A stretch of 64,000 nucleotides of DNA from Podarcis melisellensis (lineage: Eukaryota), in the NCBI GenBank assembly GCA_964234715.1, contig OZ174279.1; one strand, given 5' to 3'. Under the pieces are notes generated by a model, which saw only the letters and a list, made by a program, of their open reading frames with translations, was not told the origin of the DNA and did not search any database. Shown here one piece after another: positions 1 to 12,709 of this stretch (its first letter is position 1; each line of letters starts with the position of its first letter). A program made the translations under genes and the position numbers.

Positions 1-229
1 GCGCTATTTGTCACTGTAATATCCATTTGACAAAGAGACAGGCTGCAAGCGCAACAGTCAAAACAATGCCTGATCACCCTAAGCAGAAACACACACCACA
101 CCAATGACATTGAAGCAAACAGAGGAATATCCTGCACTCTTCAGTTATTAACAGTAACAGGGCCACATTTTGAAGAGAGTATTTGGATCCAACTAGCTGA
201 TCAGTAAGTTGCACAATAGAAGATAGAAC

Positions 230-365
230 CGGTGTAGAGTAGCGGTTAGAGAGCTGGACTAAGACTACAGAGATTGAGGTTCCAGCTCAGACTGGAAGCT
301 TGTTGGACCAGTCACTATCTCTTAGCCTAACCTAACTTGCAGGGTTGTTATGAAGAGAAAATGCA
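230..365 (+). mobile_element. MIR-related squamate SINE (Squam3-like), diverged
   Basis: ggtgtagagtagcggttagagagctggact...tagcctaacctaacttgcagggttgtt; matches the minus-strand copy at 27528-27668. Confidence 0.6.
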
Positions 366-547
366 GAGTGAGGAGAAAATGCAGAGGGATCCTACTTGGA
401 TGGTCATTTTCAGAGGGTGACCCTTGGCCTTTTAAATGGTGTGTTAGGGAATTGTTTTTGGTTGTTGTTACCGTGTGTATTTTTGTGTTTTTATATTGTA
501 AAATGCACTGTGATCTTCGGAAGAAGGGCAGTATATAAATTTAATTA

Positions 548-548
<1 letters not shown>

Positions 549-589
<41 letters not shown>
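549..589. repeat. (AAT)n microsatellite, probably a LINE tail
   Basis: Direct reading. Confidence 0.95.
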
Positions 590-590
<1 letters not shown>

Positions 591-819
591 TACTGTTCCC
601 AGGATTCTGGGGTTGGGGGTGTGTGCTTTAAATATACAGTGCATATGCTTGGGCTATGTAAGAAGCACTAAGGAATGCTAAAACTCGACAAGACTAAAAC
701 AGAGCAAGGCAGATATTATTAGGGGAAGAATTAGAAACAACAATATACAAAAAGCTAAAGGCAAGGCCTAAAAGGCAAGGATGTCAGTAAGTCTTTATAA
801 AATTATGCTTGATGCAGAT

Positions 820-1440
820 ATAGAGATAATGCTTCTCTTTCCTCATAAGGCTAAAACTCAGAGCTACTCAATGAAACTTGACTGGCAGTAGATGCAGGAC
901 AAAGAGAAATAGAAGTGGTTCTTCACCCAATGCTTTCAATTATTGCATTCATTGCAATGAGATGTGGTGATTGTCACTGGATTTAAAAAAGAATTGGACA
1001 ATATCACACACGCTGGATTCCGTCCTAATTTAGGGCTCCCCGGCACATGTGTATGATGTCATGCAACAGAAGGCGGCCTCATGGGGCCTGTTGCAGCCAA
1101 GGGAAGGTCTGATGGGGCCCACCACAGCTAAGTCCCATGGCCTGCAAAATATTGAGGGGGCTCGGCCCCCTGCTTGAAATTTTTTGGGAGGCCTTGGCCC
1201 CCTGCCCCTCCAGATGGTGCCCCTGGAGGATAGGTTTATGAGGGGCTATTGGCCATAATGGCTCAATTTAATCTCCTTGTCCAAAGGAAGTATAGCGGAG
1301 GCTGGGGAAACACAGCTAGGAGGGGTTGTTGCGCTCATTAACTGCTAGTGGACTTTCCAGAAGCATCTGTCTTGTCTCTGTTGGGTACAGGAGGCTGGAG
1401 CAGACACTTGGTGTGATCCAGCAATTCATTTGATCTTATG
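820..1440 (+). mobile_element. CR1 LINE 3' remnant interrupted by a GC-rich MITE-like insert (~1010-1225)
   Basis: gttcttcacccaa...gatgtggtga...aattggacaa [insert] ggaggataggt...tgatccagca...cttatgt. Confidence 0.55.
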
Positions 1441-1539
1441 TAGTACAGGAGGCAGGAGTAAGTGTAGGGCAATGCAGCTTATGCCTAATAAAGCAAACAT
1501 GGAGATGTGTGAGAGATCACAATTGCCTCAAGCGATGAC

Positions 1540-2357
1540 TTCCTTCCTCATATATGCAATGATAATCTATGCAGATCAGGTCCCTCCCTAAAGAGGGCAC
1601 ATATTGTGGTGAGACCTGGAAACTGACACCCTGTGTTGTGGGGGGTACGATTGGTCAGCCACAACACCCAGTTGGTAGCTCCCTCATAACTGGGTGCAAT
1701 CTGGCCAATGGGACGCAGTCCAAACAGTTTGAGGGACTTATTTATGCCCATGCACGTAACCCAGAGCTTCCTCTTTCGGCGCGTGCATTCAGAACACCCG
1801 TCCACCTCTCCCTACTTTTAGGGCTTTGCGCTTGACCTTGCTATGCCTTCGTGTGTCATCTGTCGTTAGGACAGGGGCACGGCAGGAATTTCCCCCACTT
1901 GGCTGATTGGCTGTTGCCATTTGGGTTTCGCCTGCCATGTAGCAAATCATCACAACTTGTAAGGTTGTGGATAGGCTCTGGTTCAGGTGATAGGGATGGA
2001 AGAACGCTCTCGCCATCCCTATGTGAAGGGTATTCCGTTAAAGGAATCCAGGGACTCAATGGTTTGGTCAACCCCTGAGAGGAGGTTGTGCCCGTGCCTG
2101 AGTCGAGGGGGACATTTGGGTGGCAGAGATAGCCTGTTCCTGGCTTTCCGCTTACCCAGGTGTTCACCCTTGGCTGACCTATGCTGGAACACTTGGTCAG
2201 CACTACCTGCATGGCAGGGAGCTAGTCGAATCAGAGCCTATGCAACCATTCACTTTCTGTAATCAATAAAGTTGTGGCCTAAATTCTGCCAAAAACCAAA
2301 ACCAAAATTTGAGTCACGTTTAGGGGGAGGGGGAGGTTTCTGGATCTGAACACGCAA
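1540..2357 (+). mobile_element. LTR-like / retroelement terminal-repeat segment, family unresolved
   Basis: About 0.8 kb richer in GC and CpG than its flanks; AATAAA at 2265-2270; ends ...aacacgca; no clear TSD. Confidence 0.4.
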
Positions 2358-5300
2358 TTTAAAAAAAGTGTACACTCACACCATCAAGTGTGAAAATAAT
2401 ACATGTTTATTAAATGGATTTGGAATGCATGGCATGCAGCAGCTGAGGGCTGCAAACAGACTCCCATTTAGTCTGTAAAACTAGTGTACTCCCACAGCTG
2501 GTTAGCCACAATCCACATGTATCCTGTATCTAGACTGTAATTTCTTATGAAATACTGTGTTTTGGTATGTTTCCCTCCCAATCAGCTGTAATCCAAACTG
2601 TGCAAAAGAACAAAATCACTGCATTTTCAGCCAGTAATGTGTACACAGTCAACAGCTCATGTCATTTTTACATGTGATGTACAGGGATGTACATATTTTA
2701 AGATCAGATGGGAGACAACATTACACATTTATGAAAGAAGACACTAATTTGCTTTCCCCATCCCATGTGCAGAATAGCTTAGTTCTAGACAGACAAACTT
2801 TCAGGAACAAATCTGTAAACCTATGACAGAAATATAGGGCAGGAAGGAACTTATGATCTAGTATTTCTATATTCCTACCCAGCAGGATCTGTATATCCAA
2901 ATGTTTTAATATATTTAATACCAATTCCTGTAGGTTGGCACAGTAGCAAAGCCACAATCAGGTTGAGTTGCAATGACCAGGGTTTTACTCATTCATAATT
3001 TTAGTAGATATTTGTATTATGGTAATACCTTTCTCAATAAATTAATAGTTCTTGTTATGGACAGAATTCTATACATTTGTTTTGGGTTTATCCTTGTGTG
3101 TTATTTCTCAAAAGCCATGAAATCTTGGTGGATGCACATGAATGATGAATCAGAGATGATGTATTCATCAATTTGATAGCCTGTATTACTCTATATACAT
3201 CCACCTTTGAAATAATGCAGTCAACATTGCCATCAGCCTCAAGTCATATTGGTGCAATGCTGCTGGACAGGAAAATCTCCCTCTGTAATAATCAAAACAA
3301 TGTGACTAGATACTCATGGTTATACAGTGACATTTAAAAAGTAAAGAAAGGAAGAGAAAACATAACTCTAAGTGCTGCAGACAGGCTGCTTCCATATCAC
3401 CTGAAACAAGGAAACACAGTACAAAAGGACAGTGATTTTGATTAACTTTGCACACCTAATTTATAGGTAGAGGTGCATATTTAGAAATCATTGCTATAAC
3501 TTAAGTATTAATGCAATGCAACTCACCATAGTGAGGAAGACTGTGACCAAGCGACTGGTGTGCCTGATCAGTCTCCTGTCCAGGGGCTCACCGCTGGTGA
3601 GTAAAGTCATGGTCCTCACTCTCTCTTCTTATGCTTATCATTAAACTGTTCTTGGCCTGGACAGCCCTTTGAACAGAGCATTGCCCTCTGCAAAGTAGGA
3701 CACATGACCATCTTATGAAAATGGTGTTTGACCACAATCTGCCAGGTTGAACTGCTGCCTAGCAAAAATTGCTGCGCCATTGTGACATGTGGCATTGCAT
3801 ACCACCAGAGGATGTCATAAAAATGTGAAGTTGCTTTCTACTTAGTCTGACCATTGGTCCATCTAGCCCTGGAAAGACGTTTTCCAACAGGTAGTGGCTC
3901 CCTGGTATCTCAGGCACAGGTCTTTTCCAGTCCTGCTGAGATCCTGTCCTGCCAGAGAGATTGTATCTGGGATGTTATATGTGCCAGGCATATATTCTGT
4001 TCTCTCCCCATTCCTGACTGACGTCTTTCCGCAGAATTCCACATCAACAAAAGCACTGTAAGTGTGCTGAATACTGAGCAGTCGCTCCTTAACTTCCAAT
4101 TCATTTATGGGTTGGGATTAGATCCATAAATGAATTGGAAGGTAAGGAGGGGAGGGAAGGGAAGGTGGTTCTGACCTGTAAAATCCTACATGGCTTGGGA
4201 CTGGAGTACCTGAAGGTACCTCTTCCTATATGTAGCCACCCATGCCTTAAGATCAACAGCTTCCTTCATTCTGAAATAAGGAGGTTATCCTGAGGGACAG
4301 AGCCTTTTTGGCAGTGCCCCCCTGGTTGTGGAAAACTCCATAAGGAGGCTCACCTGGCACCCACATAAATGATCTTTTGGTACCAAGAAAAGTTTTTTTC
4401 TTAATTGTCCCAGCTGGGCCTTTTAATACCTTATAAGCAACATTTCAATATAATTTCATCATCATTGTTTAATATTTTCTCTAATGTTTTATCGTGGTGG
4501 CTTAGCTTTTAACTTTTCAACGTTAATTTAGTACGTCTGAAGTGTAAAAGCAGCTATGTTTAGCAATGTTTTGTTTTTTCATACTGATTTCAGTTTTTGT
4601 GTATATTTGTATCATTGTTCTGTTTTCATGTTGTTGTTTTTTAATTTACTGTATGCTGCCTCTTCCATTAACCAGCAGTAGTTTCCCAATATTTCTGGCA
4701 GAGATCTTTTTCTGCTTGCATGCTATTGGTTTTGTGCATACAAATAACTTTCTCTACTTCTGAGCTATGGTCCATCTGTTCCCCAATTTAGTGCTGACAA
4801 ATTCTAGCAGAACTCAATAAAAGAAAAATAAACTGAAGAAGGATGATGTATCTTGGACGAGATTGTGGCTGTGATCCTAAACATACTTATTAGGAAGTAA
4901 ATCCCATTAGATGTCATTCAACTAAGTTTTACTCACAGTAGACCCATTTAATTAACATGACTAAGTTAGCGCCATTAATTCCAATGAGTTTGCTCTAAGT
5001 AAAAGAATACTACCCATTAATTCTGTGGGGCTTATTTCTAAGTAAGCATTCTTAGGATCAGGCTGTGAATGTGGCTAGGAACCTTAAGTGCAGATGATCT
5101 GAATTCTCAAACAAAGCATGGTTAGAGTGTGCTTCTCTCAGGTATTCATGTGCATTTGCCAGAGAGTGCTCTCATAGAAAATGCATGACACATAGCCTGT
5201 TTATAGGGCTTCAAATCCTTTTGACATGGGTCAGGCTAGCTGTGTATGCCAAGCCAAAGTAAAATTAACCTAACAGAGGTGAGCTAAGTAGTTTGGAAAA

Positions 5301-6217
5301 AATGCAGGCACCTCTGAGTAGAGATGGCAAATATGGGTCACTTACAGCCAATGGAGGAAATGTCTAAGATCGTAAGACTGGCCTTACTAGGTTACACTCA
5401 TGGTCCATCTAGCACTGTATTCTGCCTCAGTGGGCCAGCTCTGACGTAGTATACGGCATTCATGGGAAGCTTCCTGGAATGTTTCCTGTGGAAAATGCTT
5501 CGGGGAATATCATTCATCTCACTTGCTGAGAGCCAGTTACTGTGATCTGAGACTAGATCCCAAGCTAAAGAGTTCCAGTCCATAGGACTGGCAGATTCTA
5601 GGAATTATCGGTCTCGTTGAAACATTTCCACATTTAATATTGTAGTGAATGTCCAAAAGTTAGCAAATGTTGGTAAATGATATGCATGTATGAATGCTGA
5701 CAATGACAAATGAATTTTGTGAATGCCACCCTGAATATACACCAACATTTCAGACATACAGAAATGAATGCTGACATGTAGTTCATTGCCAACTTTGATT
5801 GGGTCTCTCTCTTTAAAAGGTGAATTTTGGACAGTCCCTTCAACATATACAGCAATGGGGAATCAAAGAGCCAACCTTGTGGCTGCTATAGGGTAACAGA
5901 GGAAAATAGAGTAGTAATAGAATATTCACCTGCTGTTCACTCCTAATGCTGTTAAGAATTTAGGGACTGAACCTACAGGAATGTCATCTGATTACATTGA
6001 ATAATGGCCACTGATAATTAAATCTGTCATTATTTTGTGTGCATTTTCTGAAACCTGTATCACAATATCCATACCATATAGTGACATCAGGTTCCCAAAT
6101 CCACTGATTCCAAAACACATTCTAGTAAGTCCAATTCAATTTGGTGTGCATCCACTTACTACAAGGTACGAGAGATTGAATTGTCCCTCACCAACCCTTA
6201 CGTTTATGAAAGGATTT

Positions 6218-6350
6218 AGAACCATAGCATTGTAGAGTTGGAAGGGATACGGAGAGTCATCTAATTCAACCCCCTGTAATGCAGGAATCTCAACTGAAGC
6301 ATCCATGACAGATGGCCATCTCACCACTGCTTAAAAACCTCCAATGAAGC
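6218..6350 (-). mobile_element. CR1 LINE 3' end
   Basis: tagaaccatagcattgtagagttggaaggg...aatgcaggaat...gatggccatc...aaaacctccaatgaag. Confidence 0.65.
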
Positions 6351-8177
6351 AGACTGATATAAAACTTTATGCAAATCGAATTCTTGAAAGTGAGTTCACA
6401 CATGCATGCCCATCACTTGATGACTGCTACATCAGGGAGTGCCTTGCATGTGTGAAATGACCATCACAGCTCCAGCACCTTAGAGCAAGCATTAGTATCT
6501 TTAGACAATCATGAAGCTAAACACTATGGGTGCAATTCAATACCCAGCCATTGCGTAATAGGGCCACAGTCACATCTACAACCCTCTTGAGCATGCTGAC
6601 AAAGATGGTGGGCAGGCAGATCACTGTGCCACCCGGGAGCAGAGCCCTCCCTGCATCTAGAATGCCCCATTTCAAGGCTTTTTGTTGCTGCTGGTTGGGA
6701 CTCTGACAGGGAAATAGGGACACTAGAAGGGCACCTCTGCACAATCAAACCCCCCCCCAATGCAAAGGGGAATTGGATTGGGCCCTAACCTTTTCAATGG
6801 GAAAAATTCCCCCATTCATCTATGCATCACTGAGCAATGTGCTAGAAAGGGATGCCTGTGCATATGTGAATCAGCCCTGAGACAGTTTAAATCTCTTAGT
6901 GCTCCTCATCATATTATTATATTTAAATAGCACTTCAGGAGGAGGAGCAAGAATCACTCCTTGAGGAGCTGTTATGGAGAATGGGGGGATCCTCTGGAAC
7001 AGTGTGGTATATGGTGAAGGTGGGGGTGCAGGAAAAAAAAGGGATCAGCAAAAAACATCTTCCTCCTGTGGAAGCTGCTATTGAATCAGAATCCCTCCTG
7101 CAAATGGAAGGAGCCCACAGTAGGGTGGCCATGTGTCCAACTTTACAGACGACAGTCCTTTATTTGAAGGGCTGTAGAAGGACAGTCCCCTGTCTGCAGG
7201 TGACTTCTCTCTAAAGGACTGACCAATCAAAGGCTGGTTTAAAGATAAAGAACCACCAGAATGAATGGAGAAGCCTTGAACTTGAACTAGCACCTGGCCC
7301 AGACAGTTTCCCTGATCACAGTCTTCCCCATTATGGTGACATGCATTTTATTTCTATTTAAGTTATAGCAATAATTTCTAGTTTTGCAGCAATAAGCAAC
7401 TCTGGCTATTATTTTTTTGCTGATGCATTTCTTCTTTTTAGATAGTTTGTAAACGGCCCACCTCAGTGCACAGTATGACATGTCTAGATCCAAATACACA
7501 GCTTTTTTTCCATGAACAGAAGCATTTTGCCATCTTTGCCTTGTGCAAACATATTTTATATGTTTAGAATGGGAAAGAGTCTTATGGCTCAGATGACAGC
7601 CTTTCAAGTCTCTTTCCTTAAACTAATCTTTCCAAGCAATTATTGGTGTTTTGTTTTTAAAGGGGCCTTTAACAGCTGAATGGGAAACTATTACACAAGG
7701 AACTTTTCACCCTTCGCCTGGTAGCAGCACAATTACTTATACTGTAGCAAAAAACAACAAAGGACTTGATCACACATTGCATAATGGAAACAATGTATGG
7801 ACAATTGCTGTATCTGAGTAACTAAGAGAGTACACACCCTGAATGACATATCCGATACAGACAACTTCGTTGAAATATGGTACCCCTTTATAAAATATTC
7901 AAATGAACACCAACTATGCACAAAAACTTATGGGGGGAAATTGATGCAGTAGTTTTCTGTTTTGGGGTGTGGGAGTGGGAGGAAGGAAATTAATCCTTTT
8001 GGTTATGTTTATGTTTATATATTTTTTCTTGAAAATCAGTCATTGGAACAGCAGTTGAATATGCACTAACACACACACACGGGCATAAACAGGCAAATAT
8101 TAAGGAAATTCCTTGTCTCTTGAGTGATCCTAAATGTCTACCATGGAGACAGGTGCGCTGCTACTCCCATGTGTGCC

Positions 8178-8365
8178 TATAGGAATATAGGAAGCTGCCT
8201 TGAGTCAGACTATTGGTTCATCTAGCTCAGTATTTTCTAAACTGCCAGGCAGTGCCTCTCCAGGATTTCAGACAGGGTCTCTCCCAGCCTTACCTAGATG
8301 TGCCAGGGACTGAACATGGGGCCATCTGCATTCAAAGCAGATGCTGTACCGATGAAACATAGCTC
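8178..8365 (-). mobile_element. tRNA-derived SINE with CR1-like tail; older copies at ~3830-4000 and ~10400-10510
   Basis: taggaagctgccttgagtcagactattggttcatctagctcag...ccagggactgaacatggg...aaagcagatgct. Confidence 0.6.
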
Positions 8366-9201
8366 TTCTCCTTGCAATGGAAAGCGCTGCATATGCAGTC
8401 CCTTTCCCAAGGAAATGCAAATGTAGTACATGCATGCCTGCAGCTCCATTGACTCAGTTCAATTTCAGCTATGTACTTCCCATGTGTGCAGCTGTGATTT
8501 TCTTTCTATCTTTGTGAGGGTGGCATCCACCCCTACTATGTAGGGAGGCAAATACCAGATAGTAACATTTTGGTATTTATTAAATATATGACCAAAACTT
8601 CATTTACTATTGAATAAATGCCTTGACACTTACACAGAGCAGGCTTCAAGGGGTCTGCATCACTGGACAGTTTCTATGCCAGCCTCAGAACTTCCTGTCC
8701 TTCCTCCTCCCCTTCCTCCTTGCCATGAGGAGGAGGCGGCGCTGCTGCAGCCCCAGCCCTGAAGCCCCAGCCCAGGCATGGCTTGCCTCCCTGCAGCTCC
8801 TGCCTCAATGAAGGAGCATGTCATGAGGGTGCCTTGTTATGCCTCCTCAGAAATTTGCACCCAGGGCCTCCCTGGCCCCCCACACTACATCACTGCATGC
8901 ATAGTCATGCAGACTGGGCCCAGAGGAGAGGACAAGTGCATGGGCAGCTAGGGAGGAAGGCCCACTGAAGGCATTTTAATCAAAAGCAGCCTAAAACCTG
9001 TGACTGGCATCAATCCTATGCCAGTCACAAGTGACCTTCCCAAGGTCAGAGACAGAATAATTACTGGAGCATTGAAAAAGAGAAATGTATGGTTTTTAGA
9101 ATACAATCTGAGGAAATATTGAGAAAACATTTAACTGCTATACATTAATCCACCCTCTGTGTACGCAAGCTATTACAGAAATAAGACAGGGACATGTTTA
9201 C

Positions 9202-10076
9202 CTGATTTCAGGTGTTGGAATTCCTACCACAATGCAGTCCAACTGCACTTTGGTTCCTTCAGGGACCTCCCTGCTCTTCAGCTTTTGAGTAAAATGTGGT
9301 GGTTGGCCTATTGTCTCCTCAGAATAAAAAGATGCAGCTGGTGACTCTGTTGTTAACCCTGAGCTTTCTAGCTGATTAACAGCTTCCAAGTCTGCCTGTG
9401 GAGGGTTATCTGGGTTTTCAAGTGAGTGCTCAGCTACAGCTAAATCTTGTGGTACTGGGTCACAAGGCCTTTCTCTGTTTTCAGAGAGATTTGAGAAAGC
9501 AGAACCACTGTCCTGAGCAGCCTTATTTTTAGATTCAAGTTTGCTCCTGTAGTTTTTGCATGTTCGGGGCCTGATTCTTTTTGAATTGTGTGCTTTGAAA
9601 AGAGAAGAAAGCTCCTCAATGAAATCTGCAGCCTTGTTGAGGAATTCCTTTTTCGACTCTGTCTCAGAACCAAATTGCTGTTTCCTTAGGCTGCTGTCTG
9701 AAGTTGGTGAAGCTGCCTTAGATGGGAACTGCTGTTTGTTTGAAACTGTATTTCCAGAGTTTTTCAACTCAGAGGGAAAGAACACATGTATCTGTTCGTC
9801 CTGCTTGTTCTCAAGTGGATCTTGATTGATGGCTTGCCTTGCCAAGTTCACACTTTCATCCAGCTCTTCTTGGCTCAAAAAGGCTGAAAGATCAGGAAGG
9901 TCCTCTTGGCTAGCCACCTCGTCTGAAGGCCCCAAACTACTGCCACGGTGGAAAGAAAGTGGAGATGGTTCTGATCTGCTTCTTTCACTATTCCCTTGGC
10001 GGTTGTTTTCAGCTAAATAGCTCTCTCTCAGTAGTTGAGTTATCGAAGTAGAAGATTCTGAAGTATTGTCTTGCAT
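9202..10076 (-). CDS. MYPN: Myopalladin, first coding exon (N-terminal region and start of the first Ig domain)
   Basis: Translates MQDNTSESSTSITQLLRESYLAE...DLPDLSAFLSQEELDESVNLARQAI...FLNKAADFIEELSSLFK...PPHFTQKLKSREVPEGTKVQLDCIVVGIPTPEIR. Acceptor ttgttaacag|C-ATG (exon starts 10077, ATG 10076-10074); donor AG|gtaaac at 9202/9201; 875 coding nt, ends phase 2. The 10 extra N-terminal aa in the ORF track come from the intron. Confidence 0.95.
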
Positions 10077-11336
10077 GCTGTTAACAAAGAGTACAAATAG
10101 GACCATAACCTCATAAATAGCAAATCTATTCCTGGTATTGAATTAAAAAGGAAACTGGGGATGTGTCTACTCTATTACCCAGGGACATAGCAAGTCTTGA
10201 ACCCCATCTGATGTCCAATTTCTGTATCCTTGTGAGCCTCTCTATTCTCCAAATGGTATGGCAGAGGCTGAAGGTGCATTTTGCAGCAAAAACTGCCCCC
10301 CCCCATTCCATTTAAAAAAATTGGTGCCATGAATTTATTAAACTGCCTTATATTCATGAATCCTTCAAGCATACTGTAATAGGTGTCTCTGCTTTTAGAC
10401 AGAGGTCTTTCTAAGCCCTGCAACCTGAGATCCTTCAAACTGGAGATACCAGGGATTGAGTGCTATTAACCCACCCTAATCAAGAAATTCCTTCCACTGA
10501 GCTGAGGTCCACCTTAGCAGGAAGTGAATGAAGAGTGCATGCACTCAGACAATACATACAAATGTATGCATTTTACATGTTGCATGCATATAGATACCCA
10601 ATCAAAATGCAATGCAAATTACAGTGTGAATTATTTCTCTTTCTTACAACATTAAAACTTTTTATCTGCCTTACAAGTCAAACTGTGGACAAACTACTTA
10701 ATGTACCTTGATTAAAAAATTGGTGAGGCTGCCTGGAACCAGTTAAAAGTAACCCAAGGTCTGCTACTTGGTCATCCCCAATCTATATGAAAACCTTTCC
10801 ACTTGGAATGCTGTTTACATGAGATTGTTCTCTCAATGGCACTCTAGACCATGGTTTCCTGAAATCCTTATGTTTCCCTGAAAAGCATGCTGTTTCTTAC
10901 CATTGCTTTTGGATTTTGAACTGTGGTTTGAGGTGGATAGTAGTACATATATTATGCATATATTCGAAATAATGTATTCATGTGATACCTATAAAACCAA
11001 AACTGATGTTTAAAGGTATCAGAAATTAGTTACATACATTTAATATTGGGGGGGATTATTTATCTATATAAGACCAAAAGGGCCAAATGTGACTTTGCAA
11101 TCAACATTCAGGGTTTTAAAAAGGCAAATAGCTTCAGTTGATGGGCATGGAGAAGAATTAACAGAATCAGAGCAGGTATTGTGAGAAAATTTATCCACTT
11201 CCTCCCTTGCTGCAGTCCTGAGGAAAATCCATCTTCTCAAGCTAGTGTTTGTATTGGGAGGAAATTCCTCCACTGGTGCCAAACAGGGATTTTCTGCAAA
11301 ACAAATAATGTCACTGGAAGAACTAATTTTCTCAGG

Positions 11337-11425
11337 GCTGGGGAGGAAATTGTTGAGTTCCTTGTTGAGCTGGGGAGGAAATTGTTGAGTTCCTTGTTGA
11401 GCTGGGGAGGAAATTGTTGAGTTCC
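11337..11425. repeat. 32-bp minisatellite, about 2.8 perfect copies
   Basis: Unit gctggggaggaaattgttgagttccttgttga at 11337, 11369 and 11401 (partial). Confidence 0.95.
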
Positions 11426-12709
11426 CTTTCCATACCTTCCCTGAACCTTTTAATTGGTAGCCACACTTCCTTAGTTTATTCTGATTGCATTTTTTTAAAA
11501 ACCTGCATGTTAAATGCAAAGATACATTTAACATCATGTAAACAGTAGTTTGGCCCTTTGAATTTTTGAATAAAGGTCAGAGAGGGGTTTGTGAAAGCAA
11601 TCCATCTAATTCAGACGCAATGCCTCTCAACTGGCTGAAGGGTGTCAAAATGGCCAGTCTTGTCCCTGTGAAGCAGCAGCTGGTCTGCAGAAGACGCGGA
11701 GCTGCGTGAGAAATTTTGACCAGCTTTGCTGTGCAGCTGATTTAAAGAGGAGCTCTTGAGCCAACTGAGCAGTTCAGTCAAAAGCAGCCAGCTGGGGTCT
11801 TAGGAATAGAAGAATCACTGCTATGTTAAGTATACCATTAAAAGGGGGAGGGGCTTAATGCAGCAAAAACACATGTGCTGCGTGCTGCATGTGGAACTTA
11901 CCAAAGTCCTACATTTGACACATGGATCATCAGAAATAAATTCCATAGGTTAGCCTGTTTGGGGTGGGTGGTGCTATCTGTGCTAAAGGCAACAGATAGG
12001 GGGCTGGAGAAAGATGATAGTTTCTCATAATTGAAAGTGATGTGCTAAGAGTAATTTTTAGTGGTCATGTCCTCTCTTTTTTGCCTCTTTTTTCCATAAA
12101 CTGAACTAGAAGGGTTTTTATTATTCTTGTCTATACCCAGAAACAATCATGAGGTCAGCATAGCTGCCAGAGGCAATGATGCCTCTCCATGGTGTCTCCC
12201 TTCAACATACTGAAAAGGACTACTGCCTATTTCCAGGCAGCATTTCCAAGTCTGCCAGGACAACTCTACCATTTCCTAATCCAGGGTCACACACCTAACA
12301 ACCACATTCAGCAGCATCAGAGTCTGACTCCTGTCTAGAAAGCAACCCACTAGCTATGCTCACATTTTAGCAAAGTTCTGTAATCTAAGTGTGTAATATC
12401 TCTGCCTTGGGGTGTTGCGGTGGCTGACAATTTGGATGAAAGGAAGAAACATTTTGGAACCGGGATACTAGAAAGCTGTGACTGCTAGTGACTAACTTGA
12501 CCTACACAACAACTAAGTATTAAGTATTACCTAAAAAGCAAAGAACAAAAATCATGATGCAGCCATTTTAACTTCCAATCAATTTCAGTGGGCAAATGGT
12601 AACCATGTGGCTAAGTCCCCCAGTAAAATCAATAGGACTTAAAGTGTGGTTACCCTTTAGATGAATTGCACTTGAAATAAATTTATCTAGTCTTCTTCTG
12701 GGGTACATA

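Noticed and set aside
1-9200. Next MYPN coding exon (expected to begin with the Trp of the Ig domain)
   Set aside because: No matching sequence found by eye; it probably lies left of the window.
10077-10106. N-terminal extension of MYPN (MVLFVLFVNS) in the ORF track
   Set aside because: It is the pyrimidine tract and acceptor of the intron; the recognisable protein starts at MQD.
11337-11425. 32-bp repeats resembling a CRISPR array
   Set aside because: Head-to-tail copies with no spacers, in vertebrate DNA.
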